From positions 1 through 39,985 of the IMG/VR virus record IMGVR_UViG_3300037483_001823: DNA of 39,985 nt. One strand, 5' to 3'. The notes beneath the pieces were generated by a model. The model saw only the letters and a list, made by a program, of their open reading frames with translations. It searched no databases and was not told the origin of the DNA. This stretch comes from a virus (lineage: Duplodnaviria; Caudoviricetes). Shown here piece after piece: positions 7,424 to 17,489 of this stretch. Positions within the stretch are counted from its first letter, which is position 1; every line of letters begins with the position of its first letter. A program made the position numbers and the translations under genes.

Positions 7424-10400
7424 AAAAAGAATTGCCGAAACCGCTGCTCAGTTTGCCGCCGAAACCGCTACTGATTACCAGGTTATCGGACATAACAAAT
7501 GACGAGGCCCGTAAGGCACTCAACGCAACAATCAACTCAGCGAAAATCATCAGCTCATCAGGTGATTTATGACGCCATGCCGACAGCCCGCCAAAGGGCA
7601 CTTGACCAAAGCCGCCGCTACCAGCCCCGTACACATGCCAAAACTCGGGGAAATCCTCCATAACAACACTATCCTGGCGCTTGGCGCTGCGGTCGGCACG
7701 TACCGCCTCAGTCACAGTTAGCGCTTCCGCCATCTCCATGCGGATCTCCCAGATACTCAACAGAGCGTCTGAAACCATAGCCTCATCTGTTCGGTTCAAG
7801 TCCAGGTGCGCGAGCAACTGCTCGACAGCGTGCACTGCCTCGGCGTACTCGTGGGCCTGAACAATCATCGTTGATAATGTGTCCATGATGATTAGTACCG
7901 CATCCGCCCGGCTTATCTTGGTCATGATATAGAACAGGTTTTCAGCGACGATCCGTAGCAGGTTGATAGACGAATTTTTGCCAGAGCCGAACTGTCTATT
8001 CATGGCCCGTAGCACCATGGGGACCTTGTTCATTTGATTGAAACCGGCGGATACCTCAAGCACGTCTTCTTTTTCCAGATCAAACTGATCCAGGTAGGCC
8101 ATAAAGGTGTAAAAGGTCGAAGGCCATGCGTCGGTCATTAAATAAAAATCTGCTACCTGTGCGGCCATTCCGGCATCGCGGATAAGGTCGAAGTTATAGC
8201 TGTCCGCTTTGGCTTTGAGGCCAAACCTGGCTATAGATCCGGCGTCGTCACGGGTAACCGAGTCGAGATACCCGGAAGTTGACGAATCGCTGGCAGTCCA
8301 GTCGCGCTTGAAAAACAACTGCACCCGGTTGGAGACCTCCCGCATCGGTTGCCGGGCTACGGATATAGAGCGTAACTGCAGATTATCGGCGGTGAGCTGG
8401 CGAGTAACCGGCTTACTTGCCGGATGTCCCTCTCTCAAAACCATCTTCAGTTTGCCGCCGGAAGTGAAAAACCGGCTATGCGTCTGAGAGCAGATACGTT
8501 TAATAGCCTCCCGCACGGTAGCTTTGGCCTCGATAAGGCCGTCCAGCCGATAGCCCCGCTCGGCAAACTTTGTTCCTATAGCGGAAAATGAAGCGCTGTC
8601 AAAATCGGCAGCAGTTACCCCGGCTCTGGTTGTCAGAAATTTTTGTATGGCTTGATCTGGCCGGATGCAATCGGAGAGGCTGGTCACCTCGGCGGTCACG
8701 TCATCTGAATAGACAACTTCGGTCGGCACATATTCGACATCGAAAAAGGCGTGGAGAATATAGACCGCCTGATTATCGCCAGCGTTGGTATAGGTTATTT
8801 TTATTTCCCGGTTGGTGAACCAGGACCAATCAAAATTAACCAGGCTGGTCAGATCAAACAAATTGACTACGGTCCGAGATGGGTTGGCCTGAGTTTCGAT
8901 ATTCACGGCCCGATTGGCCGTTGCCAGACTTGCTACGTCGTCAGCGGCTTTTATCGGCTCGTTGTATAAATCAGCGAACTGACCCGCGACACTGCCTGGA
9001 TTGGTAACACTGGCCGTTACTCCTGCGCCGGTATTTGTTATTGTCCCGGCCCGTTGTGCGGTAACGGTAGCATCCATCAATTGGAAGGTGCCGTTGACAA
9101 CGTTGCCGTGGTAAACGTCGAGATATGCAGTTGTTGTGCCTGGAGGTAAATTGATGGTTTGGTCAACATTCGCCACGCTGCTTGGCCAAGTGACCTGTAA
9201 GGTCGGAAATATACTGCCGCCGACCCTGAACCGGATATCTCCGGCCCCGAGATTCTGAAACCTGATCCTGATTGATTGAGAGATAAAAGATCCCGACAAT
9301 CCATAGGTCAACGTCAGAACTTTATCGTCTTGATAAACAAATTGCGTGAATGGATAGCCGTAAGTGCCGTTAACCGCGCCGGAATCATAAATAAGCGCCC
9401 CGCCAACAGACGAAGGGTGACCATGCAGCGGGTTGACAGCCGCTACAACTGGCCCGTTATATTGGTGATGATGCTCGGAACCGATGCTATGCAGATGCCC
9501 ATGATCGACATCTACATCGGCATCAAGTGCAATTTCATCGTTCGGATTTGGCCGGGACAATCTGCCTACCACTCCGACGCCCGAAACCCACACTTCGCAG
9601 AAATCGGCTAAAATTTTACCGCTGGCCCAATGCTCGACCGCCAGATAGGCTTTTAATATCTCGCCGCGATTGGTGTTCTCCGTGACCTGATGCAGACCTA
9701 AAACGGCATTGCCTGGTTTGATACAAGCGGCGGTTGCCAGGTCGGCAGCATCATAGGCGTTGGCTGGTTGCAGGGCGGTGTTATCGGCGGTAGTCCCGTC
9801 GAACTGCATTTCTAAAAACCGGGTTGATTCACCGTATTTTTTAACCCAGGGTTTTTCTGAGAAAATGACCCTTGCCGGGTTCAGGTCCGGGTGCACGGTG
9901 TAGATTTCAGCCGGTGCCGGAAACCCCTCGATCATCACATTGGCGATGGAGGCGACAGGTCCAGCACAAAGCGTGAAGGTGTGATCGGTAATTACTGAAA
10001 CGATTTCCCGCTTATCCAGATGCTCGACTGCCGTGCTCAGATAGCCGCGCTGAAGCACAGTCAGGCTTGAGGCGGTCCGCCCGCTGTAGCGTATTTTTTC
10101 CTCTTCTATTATGACGGTCCCGGTGGAGGGGAAAAGCAGGTCGTCTAAATTTTCGTAGACCGGTAAAACCATTGTTCCTGCCAGGATCGAGCCTTTCAGC
10201 CGGAGACTCTGTGTCGTTTTGGCTTTCAGCGCCGGGATTTTCCCGGTGGAGCCGAATGGTACTGGTATGCCCTTGCCGATATCTCTATCGGCAGCATACG
10301 GCCATGCCTCGCGGGTAATCAACTCGCCGCATGGCTGGTCATAGCTGATGTTTTTCGAAACCAGGTCGAGATTTAACAGCCTGCTCGCTTCGTCAAATTC

Positions 10401-10793
10401 GATAGGGTCCTGTACGATAAAACGGTCAATCAGGGCCTTGCTCGACTCAGGCAACCCGGCAAACCATTGGTACAGCTCCACTTCGACGTTTTCGGGATAT
10501 TCGGCCAGGAAATAATCACTGAAAGGGTTCTCCCCGCCGTTCCACAAGGTAACAGTCATCTGCCGGATCTCGCCGTTATCTGCCGCCGTAGCATCTCCCG
10601 CCGAATCCTGCAATTCACCCCAGGACTCAACCAACGGCTGATACTCGTTGCTCAGTCCATCGGCTACACCGAGTTTCTGGTCGGAAATATAGACGTTTCC
10701 GGCTTCTGGAAATTTAAAGATCAGCAGTTGCCGCGGACGCCTAAAGCTGGCGTTTTTGGCGCTGATAAATTCAGCCGTCAGATCGGTTCTCAT
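7413..10793 (-). CDS. Large tail-tip / baseplate hub (host-specificity-like) protein
   Basis: 1126 aa after the tape measure and distal-tail-like genes; IPVPFG motif; His-rich internal segment. Confidence 0.7.
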   Translation of the reverse strand: MRTDLTAEFISAKNASFRRPRQLLIFKFPEAGNVYISDQKLGVADGLSNEYQPLVESWGELQDSAGDATAADNGEIRQMTVTLWNGGENPFSDYFLAEYPENVEVELYQWFAGLPESSKALIDRFIVQDPIEFDEASRLLNLDLVSKNISYDQPCGELITREAWPYAADRDIGKGIPVPFGSTGKIPALKAKTTQSLRLKGSILAGTMVLPVYENLDDLLFPSTGTVIIEEEKIRYSGRTASSLTVLQRGYLSTAVEHLDKREIVSVITDHTFTLCAGPVASIANVMIEGFPAPAEIYTVHPDLNPARVIFSEKPWVKKYGESTRFLEMQFDGTTADNTALQPANAYDAADLATAACIKPGNAVLGLHQVTENTNRGEILKAYLAVEHWASGKILADFCEVWVSGVGVVGRLSRPNPNDEIALDADVDVDHGHLHSIGSEHHHQYNGPVVAAVNPLHGHPSSVGGALIYDSGAVNGTYGYPFTQFVYQDDKVLTLTYGLSGSFISQSIRIRFQNLGAGDIRFRVGGSIFPTLQVTWPSSVANVDQTINLPPGTTTAYLDVYHGNVVNGTFQLMDATVTAQRAGTITNTGAGVTASVTNPGSVAGQFADLYNEPIKAADDVASLATANRAVNIETQANPSRTVVNLFDLTSLVNFDWSWFTNREIKITYTNAGDNQAVYILHAFFDVEYVPTEVVYSDDVTAEVTSLSDCIRPDQAIQKFLTTRAGVTAADFDSASFSAIGTKFAERGYRLDGLIEAKATVREAIKRICSQTHSRFFTSGGKLKMVLREGHPASKPVTRQLTADNLQLRSISVARQPMREVSNRVQLFFKRDWTASDSSTSGYLDSVTRDDAGSIARFGLKAKADSYNFDLIRDAGMAAQVADFYLMTDAWPSTFYTFMAYLDQFDLEKEDVLEVSAGFNQMNKVPMVLRAMNRQFGSGKNSSINLLRIVAENLFYIMTKISRADAVLIIMDTLSTMIVQAHEYAEAVHAVEQLLAHLDLNRTDEAMVSDALLSIWEIRMEMAEALTVTEAVRADRSAKRQDSVVMEDFPEFWHVYGAGSGGFGQVPFGGLSAWRHKSPDELMIFAELIVALSALRASSFVMSDNLVISSGFGGKLSSGFGNSFFGG

Positions 10794-11155
10794 CCGACAA
10801 CCTCAAGGAGTAGTTCTCCTGAAAAGCGTTGAAAATCCGTTTCCTGAAAATCAATTTTAACAGTCAACATCTGCACAGTATGGCCAGTACCTTCCTCATC
10901 GTAATAAGTGAAGGTGTTTGCCGCGCCGTTGGCGATGGTGTTATGCCAGGTTATCAGAGCCTGATAATCGGCAAGAGGCAGACCTATGAACACAAGCGGG
11001 AAACTACGAATGGTTATCCCCAGCTCTTCGACCTGGAGCGAGCCGCTGCCGGTCCGGTCGATAACCTGGATCTTTTCAACAGGCCGCGCAATCGGGTACC
11101 GGATGCCGCGAGAAAACTGCAGACTGTTTTCACCAAGCTCGAAACGTGGTTTCAT
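10790..11155 (-). CDS. Distal tail-like minor tail protein
   Basis: Immediately after the tape measure; 121 aa, beta-rich, NGAANTFTYYD. Confidence 0.55.
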   Translation of the reverse strand: MKPRFELGENSLQFSRGIRYPIARPVEKIQVIDRTGSGSLQVEELGITIRSFPLVFIGLPLADYQALITWHNTIANGAANTFTYYDEEGTGHTVQMLTVKIDFQETDFQRFSGELLLEVVG

Positions 11156-13335
11156 GATCTATCCTCCAGGCGCTTTTGCTCGTTGATAATGGCAGTGACA
11201 TCTGAGCGGGAAACCTGCTGATTGAAGTTGTTGTTAATTACCGTGGGGCTATTCCCACCGGCAGAGGCCGATAAAGACGCTGCAACCTCATCCGCCGACA
11301 TGGAGGAATGAGCGGTTTTAGATCTGCCGGATGCGATCGAAGATGAAGCTGATAATTTCGCGGCGGAGGCTGAAGCTGATGCTGTGCCTAATTGATTAAG
11401 CTTTGCAATCACCTGGTCAACTCCGGCAAGCACTTTCGACCCGTCAAAATTGGCAGTGATGTTTATTTGCTTGCCGTTCAGTTCGTCTATCGATATTCCC
11501 ATGGAATCGAGGACGCCGGTAATTGAGCTGTTGGCGTGGCCGAACTGTTCCACTATTGCCCCGCTCATGGCCTGAATAGAGTCCATGGTTTGCCCTGCTG
11601 CGAACTCGTTTTTCTCGTATGCTTCCGTTCCGAGCTTACCGAGCTGTTCGTAAAGCCATTGTTCTATTTCATAGACATCGGCCCCGGCTTTTTTCCACCG
11701 TCCAGCCTTTTGCACAAGCTCATTTGCTTCCTGGGAAAAATACGCCTCGGCTCCGAGCCCGGCTTCTTGGTACATCTCCCGCTCGGCTTTAGCCTGCTCC
11801 TCTTGTTCTTTTTTGTATTCCTTCAGCAACTCCAGTTGTTTTTTAAGATCGTCTGCCCCTTGATTGGATATTGTTGGGACGGTGATAAGGACTTTATTGT
11901 TGGAGCCACTCGCACGGGAAAGTTCATCGATGTTCTGCATGTCGTTTACGAGTGACTTTAGCTTGCCGATTTCGGCATTGACTTCTGTCAGGTGCCGTTT
12001 TTCTGCGACTGGATCCTTAAAAAGGGACCAGGGTTGATTAGCAAGTTGGTCTTGCAGTTCGGCGATACGCCTTAGGGCCAGTTCCTGCTCTGAGAAAACC
12101 GCCCCGGTACCGGAGTCGCGCAGTCCTTTCCAGACATCCGCTATATTGCCAATACTGGTGGCTGCAGCGCGCAACTTGTTGTCAAGACTGGTAAGGGCCA
12201 TGCTGTTCTCTTCAGAAGAGAGCGTTTTGATAGCCTCGTTAAGCGCGTAGACCGCCCCGGCTGCCAGGACATACGGGTTTGCGCCAACTACAGCATTAAA
12301 AGCTACTTGTGCAGATTTAGCCGCCAGAGCATACCCGGCAAACTCAACGAGACCGCCGCCGTATTCATCGATCAGTTCTTTTGCTTCCCGATAGCCTGAA
12401 GTGATATCGTTCTGGATGCTTTCAGCCAGCGGGGTAAGATTTCCTTCTGCGTCCATCAGTGATTTATTGATGGTTTTGGTAAGCCCGATCAAGTCTTCAA
12501 AAATCGGTTTGAAAGCGCCACGAAGGACACGATTATGGATGGTTTCCAGGGTAGCCCCTACGGTAATCCACAGATCGTCAAGATTTCCGGTAGAAGCCGC
12601 AAAGCCCTTCAGCATCTCGCCGACGTTCTCAATTAACGTCCCCTCTTCTTTCCATTTCTTTAGATGTTCTTGTAGATGCGGATCTATTGCAGATAGGAGT
12701 TTCGGCAACCGGTCGGTGGCTCTGACCTGCCCGTTAAGAAGTGCATTGATTTCCTGCCGCATCTGGATGTCCTTGTTCTGTCCCTGAGTGACAAGAGCAA
12801 GGGCTGTGGCAATATTGGTGAAGCCGGTAACCTGTTTCTGGTTATTGATATCGAGGATGACACCATGCTGTAGCATCGTCTCATTCATGATTTGCAGGTC
12901 TTTACCACTGGCGATGGTTTGCATGTCGAGCATTTCGAGCTTGGAGTTCAGCGCCTGAGCGTAAATATTAGCTTCCTGAAAGCCGCCTGCCAGGTCCCCC
13001 GATTTAGTCCGGTCTGAGAAAGTGGTAATAAAGGCAGCGGAAGAGGCGACACTAAGGTTAAAATCTTCTATGGCACCAAGGCCGCGCTTGAATTCTCCGA
13101 AGATAGCCGTTGCCGCGCCCTGCATGGCGTAGAACGCCCCGGTTGCAGCAACGGCGGATTTGACAATCGAACCAAGCGTAATCCCGGCAGACTGCGATTC
13201 TGTCCGAAGAGATGTCATCGACTTAGCCCCGGTATTGCCCGCCGTTGACACTTCCTTACCGAAGGATTTCACCGCCGCAGTTGCCCGCGAATCGTTGACG
13301 ACGATATCAACATTTATCGTACTTGAATTGCTCAT
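11152..13335 (-). CDS. Tail tape measure protein
   Basis: 727 aa, Ala-rich helical; follows tail tube and chaperones. Confidence 0.85.
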   Translation of the reverse strand: MSNSSTINVDIVVNDSRATAAVKSFGKEVSTAGNTGAKSMTSLRTESQSAGITLGSIVKSAVAATGAFYAMQGAATAIFGEFKRGLGAIEDFNLSVASSAAFITTFSDRTKSGDLAGGFQEANIYAQALNSKLEMLDMQTIASGKDLQIMNETMLQHGVILDINNQKQVTGFTNIATALALVTQGQNKDIQMRQEINALLNGQVRATDRLPKLLSAIDPHLQEHLKKWKEEGTLIENVGEMLKGFAASTGNLDDLWITVGATLETIHNRVLRGAFKPIFEDLIGLTKTINKSLMDAEGNLTPLAESIQNDITSGYREAKELIDEYGGGLVEFAGYALAAKSAQVAFNAVVGANPYVLAAGAVYALNEAIKTLSSEENSMALTSLDNKLRAAATSIGNIADVWKGLRDSGTGAVFSEQELALRRIAELQDQLANQPWSLFKDPVAEKRHLTEVNAEIGKLKSLVNDMQNIDELSRASGSNNKVLITVPTISNQGADDLKKQLELLKEYKKEQEEQAKAEREMYQEAGLGAEAYFSQEANELVQKAGRWKKAGADVYEIEQWLYEQLGKLGTEAYEKNEFAAGQTMDSIQAMSGAIVEQFGHANSSITGVLDSMGISIDELNGKQINITANFDGSKVLAGVDQVIAKLNQLGTASASASAAKLSASSSIASGRSKTAHSSMSADEVAASLSASAGGNSPTVINNNFNQQVSRSDVTAIINEQKRLEDRS

Positions 13336-13613
13336 TTACTCCCCATCAACGGACAAGACATATTCGGTTGCAACGTTTCTTTAAGTCTACCAAGATCAAC
13401 CCATTCTTCGAGGCTCAGATCATCAGCCGCGAGAGGAAAGCCCCCTTTTTGCAGGGCGGCAAGGTTGAGCAATTTCAAGGTGTACGGGTGAAGGGTGGAA
13501 AACTTCTTTTTCGGGCAATTCGCACACGCCCATTCAAGCCCGGCTTCCCCGTACTCATCTAGGCAATTGGCCGCTTCCTGTTGAGAGCAGAGCCCTTTTC
13601 GGATAGCGGCCAT
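13332..13613 (-). CDS. Tail assembly chaperone, gpT-like frameshift extension
   Basis: In the -1 frame of the upstream chaperone after G GGA AAG, open through GTA ACA GCG GAT ATG. Confidence 0.75.
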   Translation of the reverse strand: MAAIRKGLCSQQEAANCLDEYGEAGLEWACANCPKKKFSTLHPYTLKLLNLAALQKGGFPLAADDLSLEEWVDLGRLKETLQPNMSCPLMGSK

Positions 13614-13621
13614 ATCCGCTG

Positions 13622-14047
13622 TTACTTTCCCTCGATTTCTTCCCCTTCGTCCTCTTCTTCCTGGTCACCGTCAGCCAGGGCGCTCGGTGCGTCGAACACC
13701 CGTGCAGCGAGCAACATAACGAGGTCGGCGGCGTTTTTTTCTATCCACTTCCGCCACTCCGGGAAATAATTGGCTGCACCTTCAACCGATGAGAATTCTT
13801 CATACTCACCCTCAACCTTGCGTTCAAAAGAACCTGTCTTAAAACCGGTAAGAATCTTCATTCCGGCATCTTGGCGAGCCTGGGCGGTGCGAAGTTCGAC
13901 CTTGTTGTTCTTTCTTACGACGCTGGCGTTGTGGTAGTTCTGCCGCTCGGTAGTGGTCGGCATCCGGTAGTACAACACGACATCAGAATTGCTCAAGTTG
14001 TCGTGTATTTTGATTTCGTTGCGGTCGTCTGATTCGCGTCTGGCCAT
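13622..14047 (-). CDS. Tail assembly chaperone, gpG-like
   Basis: Between tail tube and tape measure; ends GAG GGA AAG TAA. Confidence 0.75.
   Translation of the reverse strand: MARRESDDRNEIKIHDNLSNSDVVLYYRMPTTTERQNYHNASVVRKNNKVELRTAQARQDAGMKILTGFKTGSFERKVEGEYEEFSSVEGAANYFPEWRKWIEKNAADLVMLLAARVFDAPSALADGDQEEEDEGEEIEGK
13625..13631 (-). other. Programmed -1 ribosomal frameshift heptamer GGGAAAG
   Basis: Correctly phased X XXY YYZ, the same heptamer as lambda G/GT, joining the two chaperone ORFs. Confidence 0.85.
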
Positions 14048-14073
14048 GGTGTTAAAGTACCTGTGATATGTGA

Positions 14074-15351
14074 TTATGCAGCGTAGGTAGCCTGCAGGTT
14101 TTTTACATTGACGATAACCGAGCCGTAGGTTGCATCCTGCAATACCTGGATCTCAGCCGATTCAGTGTTGCGCTTATTGTCAACTTTAGGGTCGGCCTTC
14201 AGGATCCCGAGCTTAGGGAAGATGATCTCGACCTGGTATTTGTTGGTTGCGTCGTAGAGTGCCCCCTCACACAGGATCCTGAAGCCGAAGGTGTCGTTGT
14301 CGATGACATGCTGCTGCATGATGAATTCCATCATCTTGCGGTCAATTGTCACCGTCTGCGTTCTGCCCTGACGGTAGCCGCTGGCCGCATAGGAGCCGCC
14401 TGCACCGGGAACAAACTCAACTTCCAGATTGTTCGCGAATTTCCATTCGATACTGTTGATTTCAGAAGAAAGAGAGCGTCCTCCCTGAAAGGCCGATCCG
14501 TTCCATTTGCCGCCCATAACCACGGTCAACTGTGACACGCGCAAAGGAGTTTCCTGGACTTTGGCTGGGAAAGTGAAAGCTGCTGCCTCATCGGGAATAT
14601 AAAGGATTTCGTAATTGACCAGCGTCAAATCGCCGCCCGGATCGTCAATTGTTATGACGGCTGGAGTGGCAGACGAAACAGCCGTATAAGAAACCTCAGT
14701 CCACACGCCAGGGGTGAGTTCGACACGGATTCGCTGGACGTTGTCAAGTCTAGTTGGAACAGTTGCACCTTCTACGGCGTTTTCGGCCAAAGTAATTTCG
14801 GTGACGTTGCCGGCAGCAGATACAGTTTCCTTGACGACATTATCGATAAACTTGCCGGTCCCTTTGATGTCGGCGGTCAGTTTTACCCAGTCGTCTTTGG
14901 AAAAATTGGCGGTGAAGCCATCGGCAAACATGGAGACAAAACGGCGCTTCAGAATCGTATCACCGAGCCGCTGCATTGCGGAAAAAGACGGTACCGACCT
15001 GTCGTTGTCAACCTCACCGTTAATCGGCGTGATGGTGTGCTTGTAGCCATCTCCCGCGACGGAAGAGGATACTGCACCAAGAGCATACGCCAGGATGAAA
15101 GCGAAATGTTGAGGCTGAGCCTTGGAAAAGCTGAATGGTGCCTGAGAAGTTGACCCGTTGTCGTAAATGGCGTCCGGCTCTTCCATGCCGGTAGCCTCGT
15201 TGCTGTTATCTTCCCGGCGCTGTGACAAGGTGATAATACTCTCCATGTCAACAGACATGGCAACATCCAAAGCCTGTTCGGTATTAATCGCCGTTTCCTG
15301 TGCGTAGGCTGATACCGCGAGCAGGTTATTATTGGCGCGAATCGATCTCAT
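14074..15351 (-). CDS. Major tail tube protein (with probable inserted domain)
   Basis: Position; YKHTITP and FPKL-type tube motifs; 425 aa. Confidence 0.7.
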   Translation of the reverse strand: MRSIRANNNLLAVSAYAQETAINTEQALDVAMSVDMESIITLSQRREDNSNEATGMEEPDAIYDNGSTSQAPFSFSKAQPQHFAFILAYALGAVSSSVAGDGYKHTITPINGEVDNDRSVPSFSAMQRLGDTILKRRFVSMFADGFTANFSKDDWVKLTADIKGTGKFIDNVVKETVSAAGNVTEITLAENAVEGATVPTRLDNVQRIRVELTPGVWTEVSYTAVSSATPAVITIDDPGGDLTLVNYEILYIPDEAAAFTFPAKVQETPLRVSQLTVVMGGKWNGSAFQGGRSLSSEINSIEWKFANNLEVEFVPGAGGSYAASGYRQGRTQTVTIDRKMMEFIMQQHVIDNDTFGFRILCEGALYDATNKYQVEIIFPKLGILKADPKVDNKRNTESAEIQVLQDATYGSVIVNVKNLQATYAA

Positions 15352-15366
15352 AATTAAAGCTCCTAT

Positions 15367-15807
15367 TTAAACGCTTGCGCGCTCGATTGTGTAAATGACC
15401 TGGCGAATGACAGAAACGAGTAAATCGCCGTCTACCACCTGATGCATCCCGTTGTTTCTGTCGTTGCCGATCCGAATACCCATAATGTCACTGGTTCCAA
15501 GGTAGTTGTGGTTCAGAACCTCCATGGCATCGTTTAACAGCTGCTCAACACCGCTTGCCCCGCAGATAGCATCCCCAGCATCGGCGGTGAGTGGAACGAA
15601 GCCGACAAGCTCGACCGTTGCGGTAAGCTCCCACATTTCCCCGCCTAATTCTTCCCGGACCAACCCGCCGCTCATGATTCCTAAACAGGTACCGTCCACG
15701 CCGTCAGGTCTCCACCTGGCATCGGCTGTGATGTAACAAGCCGATTGCGCAGGCAGGAGAGCGAGAGTTTTTAAGGCGTTCTGGACAGCCGGCAGTAAAG
15801 TTTTCAT
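15367..15807 (-). CDS. Tail terminator / completion protein
   Basis: Size and position between the head-closure gene and the tail tube. Confidence 0.5.
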   Translation of the reverse strand: MKTLLPAVQNALKTLALLPAQSACYITADARWRPDGVDGTCLGIMSGGLVREELGGEMWELTATVELVGFVPLTADAGDAICGASGVEQLLNDAMEVLNHNYLGTSDIMGIRIGNDRNNGMHQVVDGDLLVSVIRQVIYTIERASV

Positions 15808-16115
15808 ATTTGATTCAGGACCGCCCCGGGTCTGGCCGTGGAAAGGGTTATTGTGTAAACCGATCCATCGTCTTTGATATTCTCAATTGTATGGGAAACG
15901 CCATCAAAGCTCATTTTCTCCCGCTTCTCTGGCAGTGTTACCAAGTCGGCTTTCTTAACTACGACCTCAAACATAGATACCCAAGTTCCGTCGAGTTCAG
16001 AATGGCCGCTGGTCTTCTCTCCGACTATGCACACGATATCTGGAGTTCCGTCTATCGTGTGTTTGCTGGCGAAGCCTTCCAGGTCAAAGAATATGTTGAG
16101 GTCTTCTACGAACAT
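15804..16115 (-). CDS. Head-tail joining (lambda FII-like head closure) protein
   Basis: EDLNIFFDLEGFA N-terminus, beta-rich, DDGSVYTITL; position. Confidence 0.6.
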   Translation of the reverse strand: MFVEDLNIFFDLEGFASKHTIDGTPDIVCIVGEKTSGHSELDGTWVSMFEVVVKKADLVTLPEKREKMSFDGVSHTIENIKDDGSVYTITLSTARPGAVLNQI

Positions 16116-16405
16116 TATTTTTCGGCCTTATCTGCTTCTTCTTCAGCTTTTGCCGCGAGCTTTTCTTTTTCAGCCAGTTCTTTTTCTTCGGCTTCGATGT
16201 CCACGAGACTCTGAGCATTGGCTTTTGACGGTTTACCAAGCCCTATGATTTCGCCTACCTTGAATTGCACAGGTTGCATTATGTCATAGAGCCCTTTTTT
16301 GTTCGTCTTTTTTATGTTCAATGCTCTTCGCCTGGACTGGTCGTCGCTCAACCGAACAATCCCGCCAGTAAGAAAAAGAACTTTTTCAACTCTGTAATCT
16401 TTCAT
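16115..16405 (-). CDS. Hypothetical head-module protein with charged C-terminal tail
   Basis: ORF after the capsid; PVQFKVGEIIG; GAGG SD. Confidence 0.6.
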   Translation of the reverse strand: MKDYRVEKVLFLTGGIVRLSDDQSRRRALNIKKTNKKGLYDIMQPVQFKVGEIIGLGKPSKANAQSLVDIEAEEKELAEKEKLAAKAEEEADKAEK

Positions 16406-16416
16406 GATGTCCTCAT

Positions 16417-16441
16417 GCGCCGGGGTTTTTAATCCCGGCGC
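16417..16441. terminator. GC-rich hairpin after the capsid gene
   Basis: GCGCCGGG / CCCGGCGC 8-bp stem; no clear U-tract on the coding strand. Confidence 0.45.
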
Positions 16442-16463
16442 TTGGTTATTATGCTGATTCGGC

Positions 16464-17411
16464 TTATGCCAATGTTACAAGGCAGGAATTTTGCCATCGA
16501 CCGAAGCCAACATTTCGAGAAGCATCGATTCCGTATTGATGAGCATCGTTATCAAACTCGAAATCAGATCCTTCAGCCTTGGCCTTGATGTCAATTGCAG
16601 CCTCTTCTTGTCGGATAAACGGCTTGACAGATCCGTCAGTCCGGAAAACTGCAAACTTGGTTGTCCAGGGAGCAAGCCGAGGTGTAGCAACAGCAGAGAT
16701 GGTAAAATCCTGCTTGAGCTGAGTGAGTGCGGTTTGAGTTTCGGCAACCTGCACGGGAGTCGCTACGGCCTGTAGCGCCTGCTGCATGAAGGTTGGGGGA
16801 ACCATAACGAGGAAATTTTTTGCAGTCTCGTTGACAGGCTCGCCGACATCATCAACAAAAGTTGACATCTGCTGAATTGCCTGACCGATAGCAAGTTGCA
16901 TGGCTCCAACTGACGGCAAAGTAGTAATGCCTTTTTCAGTAACGGGGAGATTGGCAAGAGTTACAGAAATATCGTTACTCTGTGCGCCGCTTGCACCCTC
17001 TACGTGGTCAGTGTCAAAATAGAACTGACCGTCATAGCAGACAGCTGATTCACCGGAAACGATAAGGTTTGCAAGGAGTTTAGCCCAATGAGCCTGAGCG
17101 CGTTGCACCATTTCGGCAATGCGAGTTTCAATCATATTGAATTTGTCGCGGTTCATCCAGCGAACAGGAATCTCGATTGAAGCCTCGAATTTCTTGTTTT
17201 TGATGGTGAAATCGTATTCAGCAAAGCCTTTTGCCTTTCTCTGACCGATCCACTCTTGCATTGCAGGGGAAGCACCTATCCAGGCGTATTCTTCACTTGC
17301 CTGGTTGGATTGAAAGTAGTTGGAAATAAGATTGACCCAGGCAACACCTGGATCCTGCTGAAGCGCTCTGATCATGTAACCTATGACCGCTCTGCTTGTG
17401 ATTTTATCCAT
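16464..17411 (-). CDS. Major capsid protein, Mu gpT-like family
   Basis: YAWIG..PAMQEWIGQR, IKNKKFEASI, CYDGQFYFDTDH, KPFIRQEE and YGIDASRNVGFGRWQ; ATG 17411 has an AGGAG SD. Confidence 0.88.
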   Translation of the reverse strand: MDKITSRAVIGYMIRALQQDPGVAWVNLISNYFQSNQASEEYAWIGASPAMQEWIGQRKAKGFAEYDFTIKNKKFEASIEIPVRWMNRDKFNMIETRIAEMVQRAQAHWAKLLANLIVSGESAVCYDGQFYFDTDHVEGASGAQSNDISVTLANLPVTEKGITTLPSVGAMQLAIGQAIQQMSTFVDDVGEPVNETAKNFLVMVPPTFMQQALQAVATPVQVAETQTALTQLKQDFTISAVATPRLAPWTTKFAVFRTDGSVKPFIRQEEAAIDIKAKAEGSDFEFDNDAHQYGIDASRNVGFGRWQNSCLVTLA

Positions 17412-17489
17412 TGTTAAAACTCCTTCTGCCATCTCGGCAGTAGTTTTGAAATAGTCTGTCCTGTCGTCTCGACGGTCAGTATTTTTTAA

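Noticed and set aside
7413-10793. Second VR target in the other tail proteins
   Set aside because: No further TR-like sequence (GGxW...SR...GSR) was seen by eye; an alignment search would be needed to exclude it fully.
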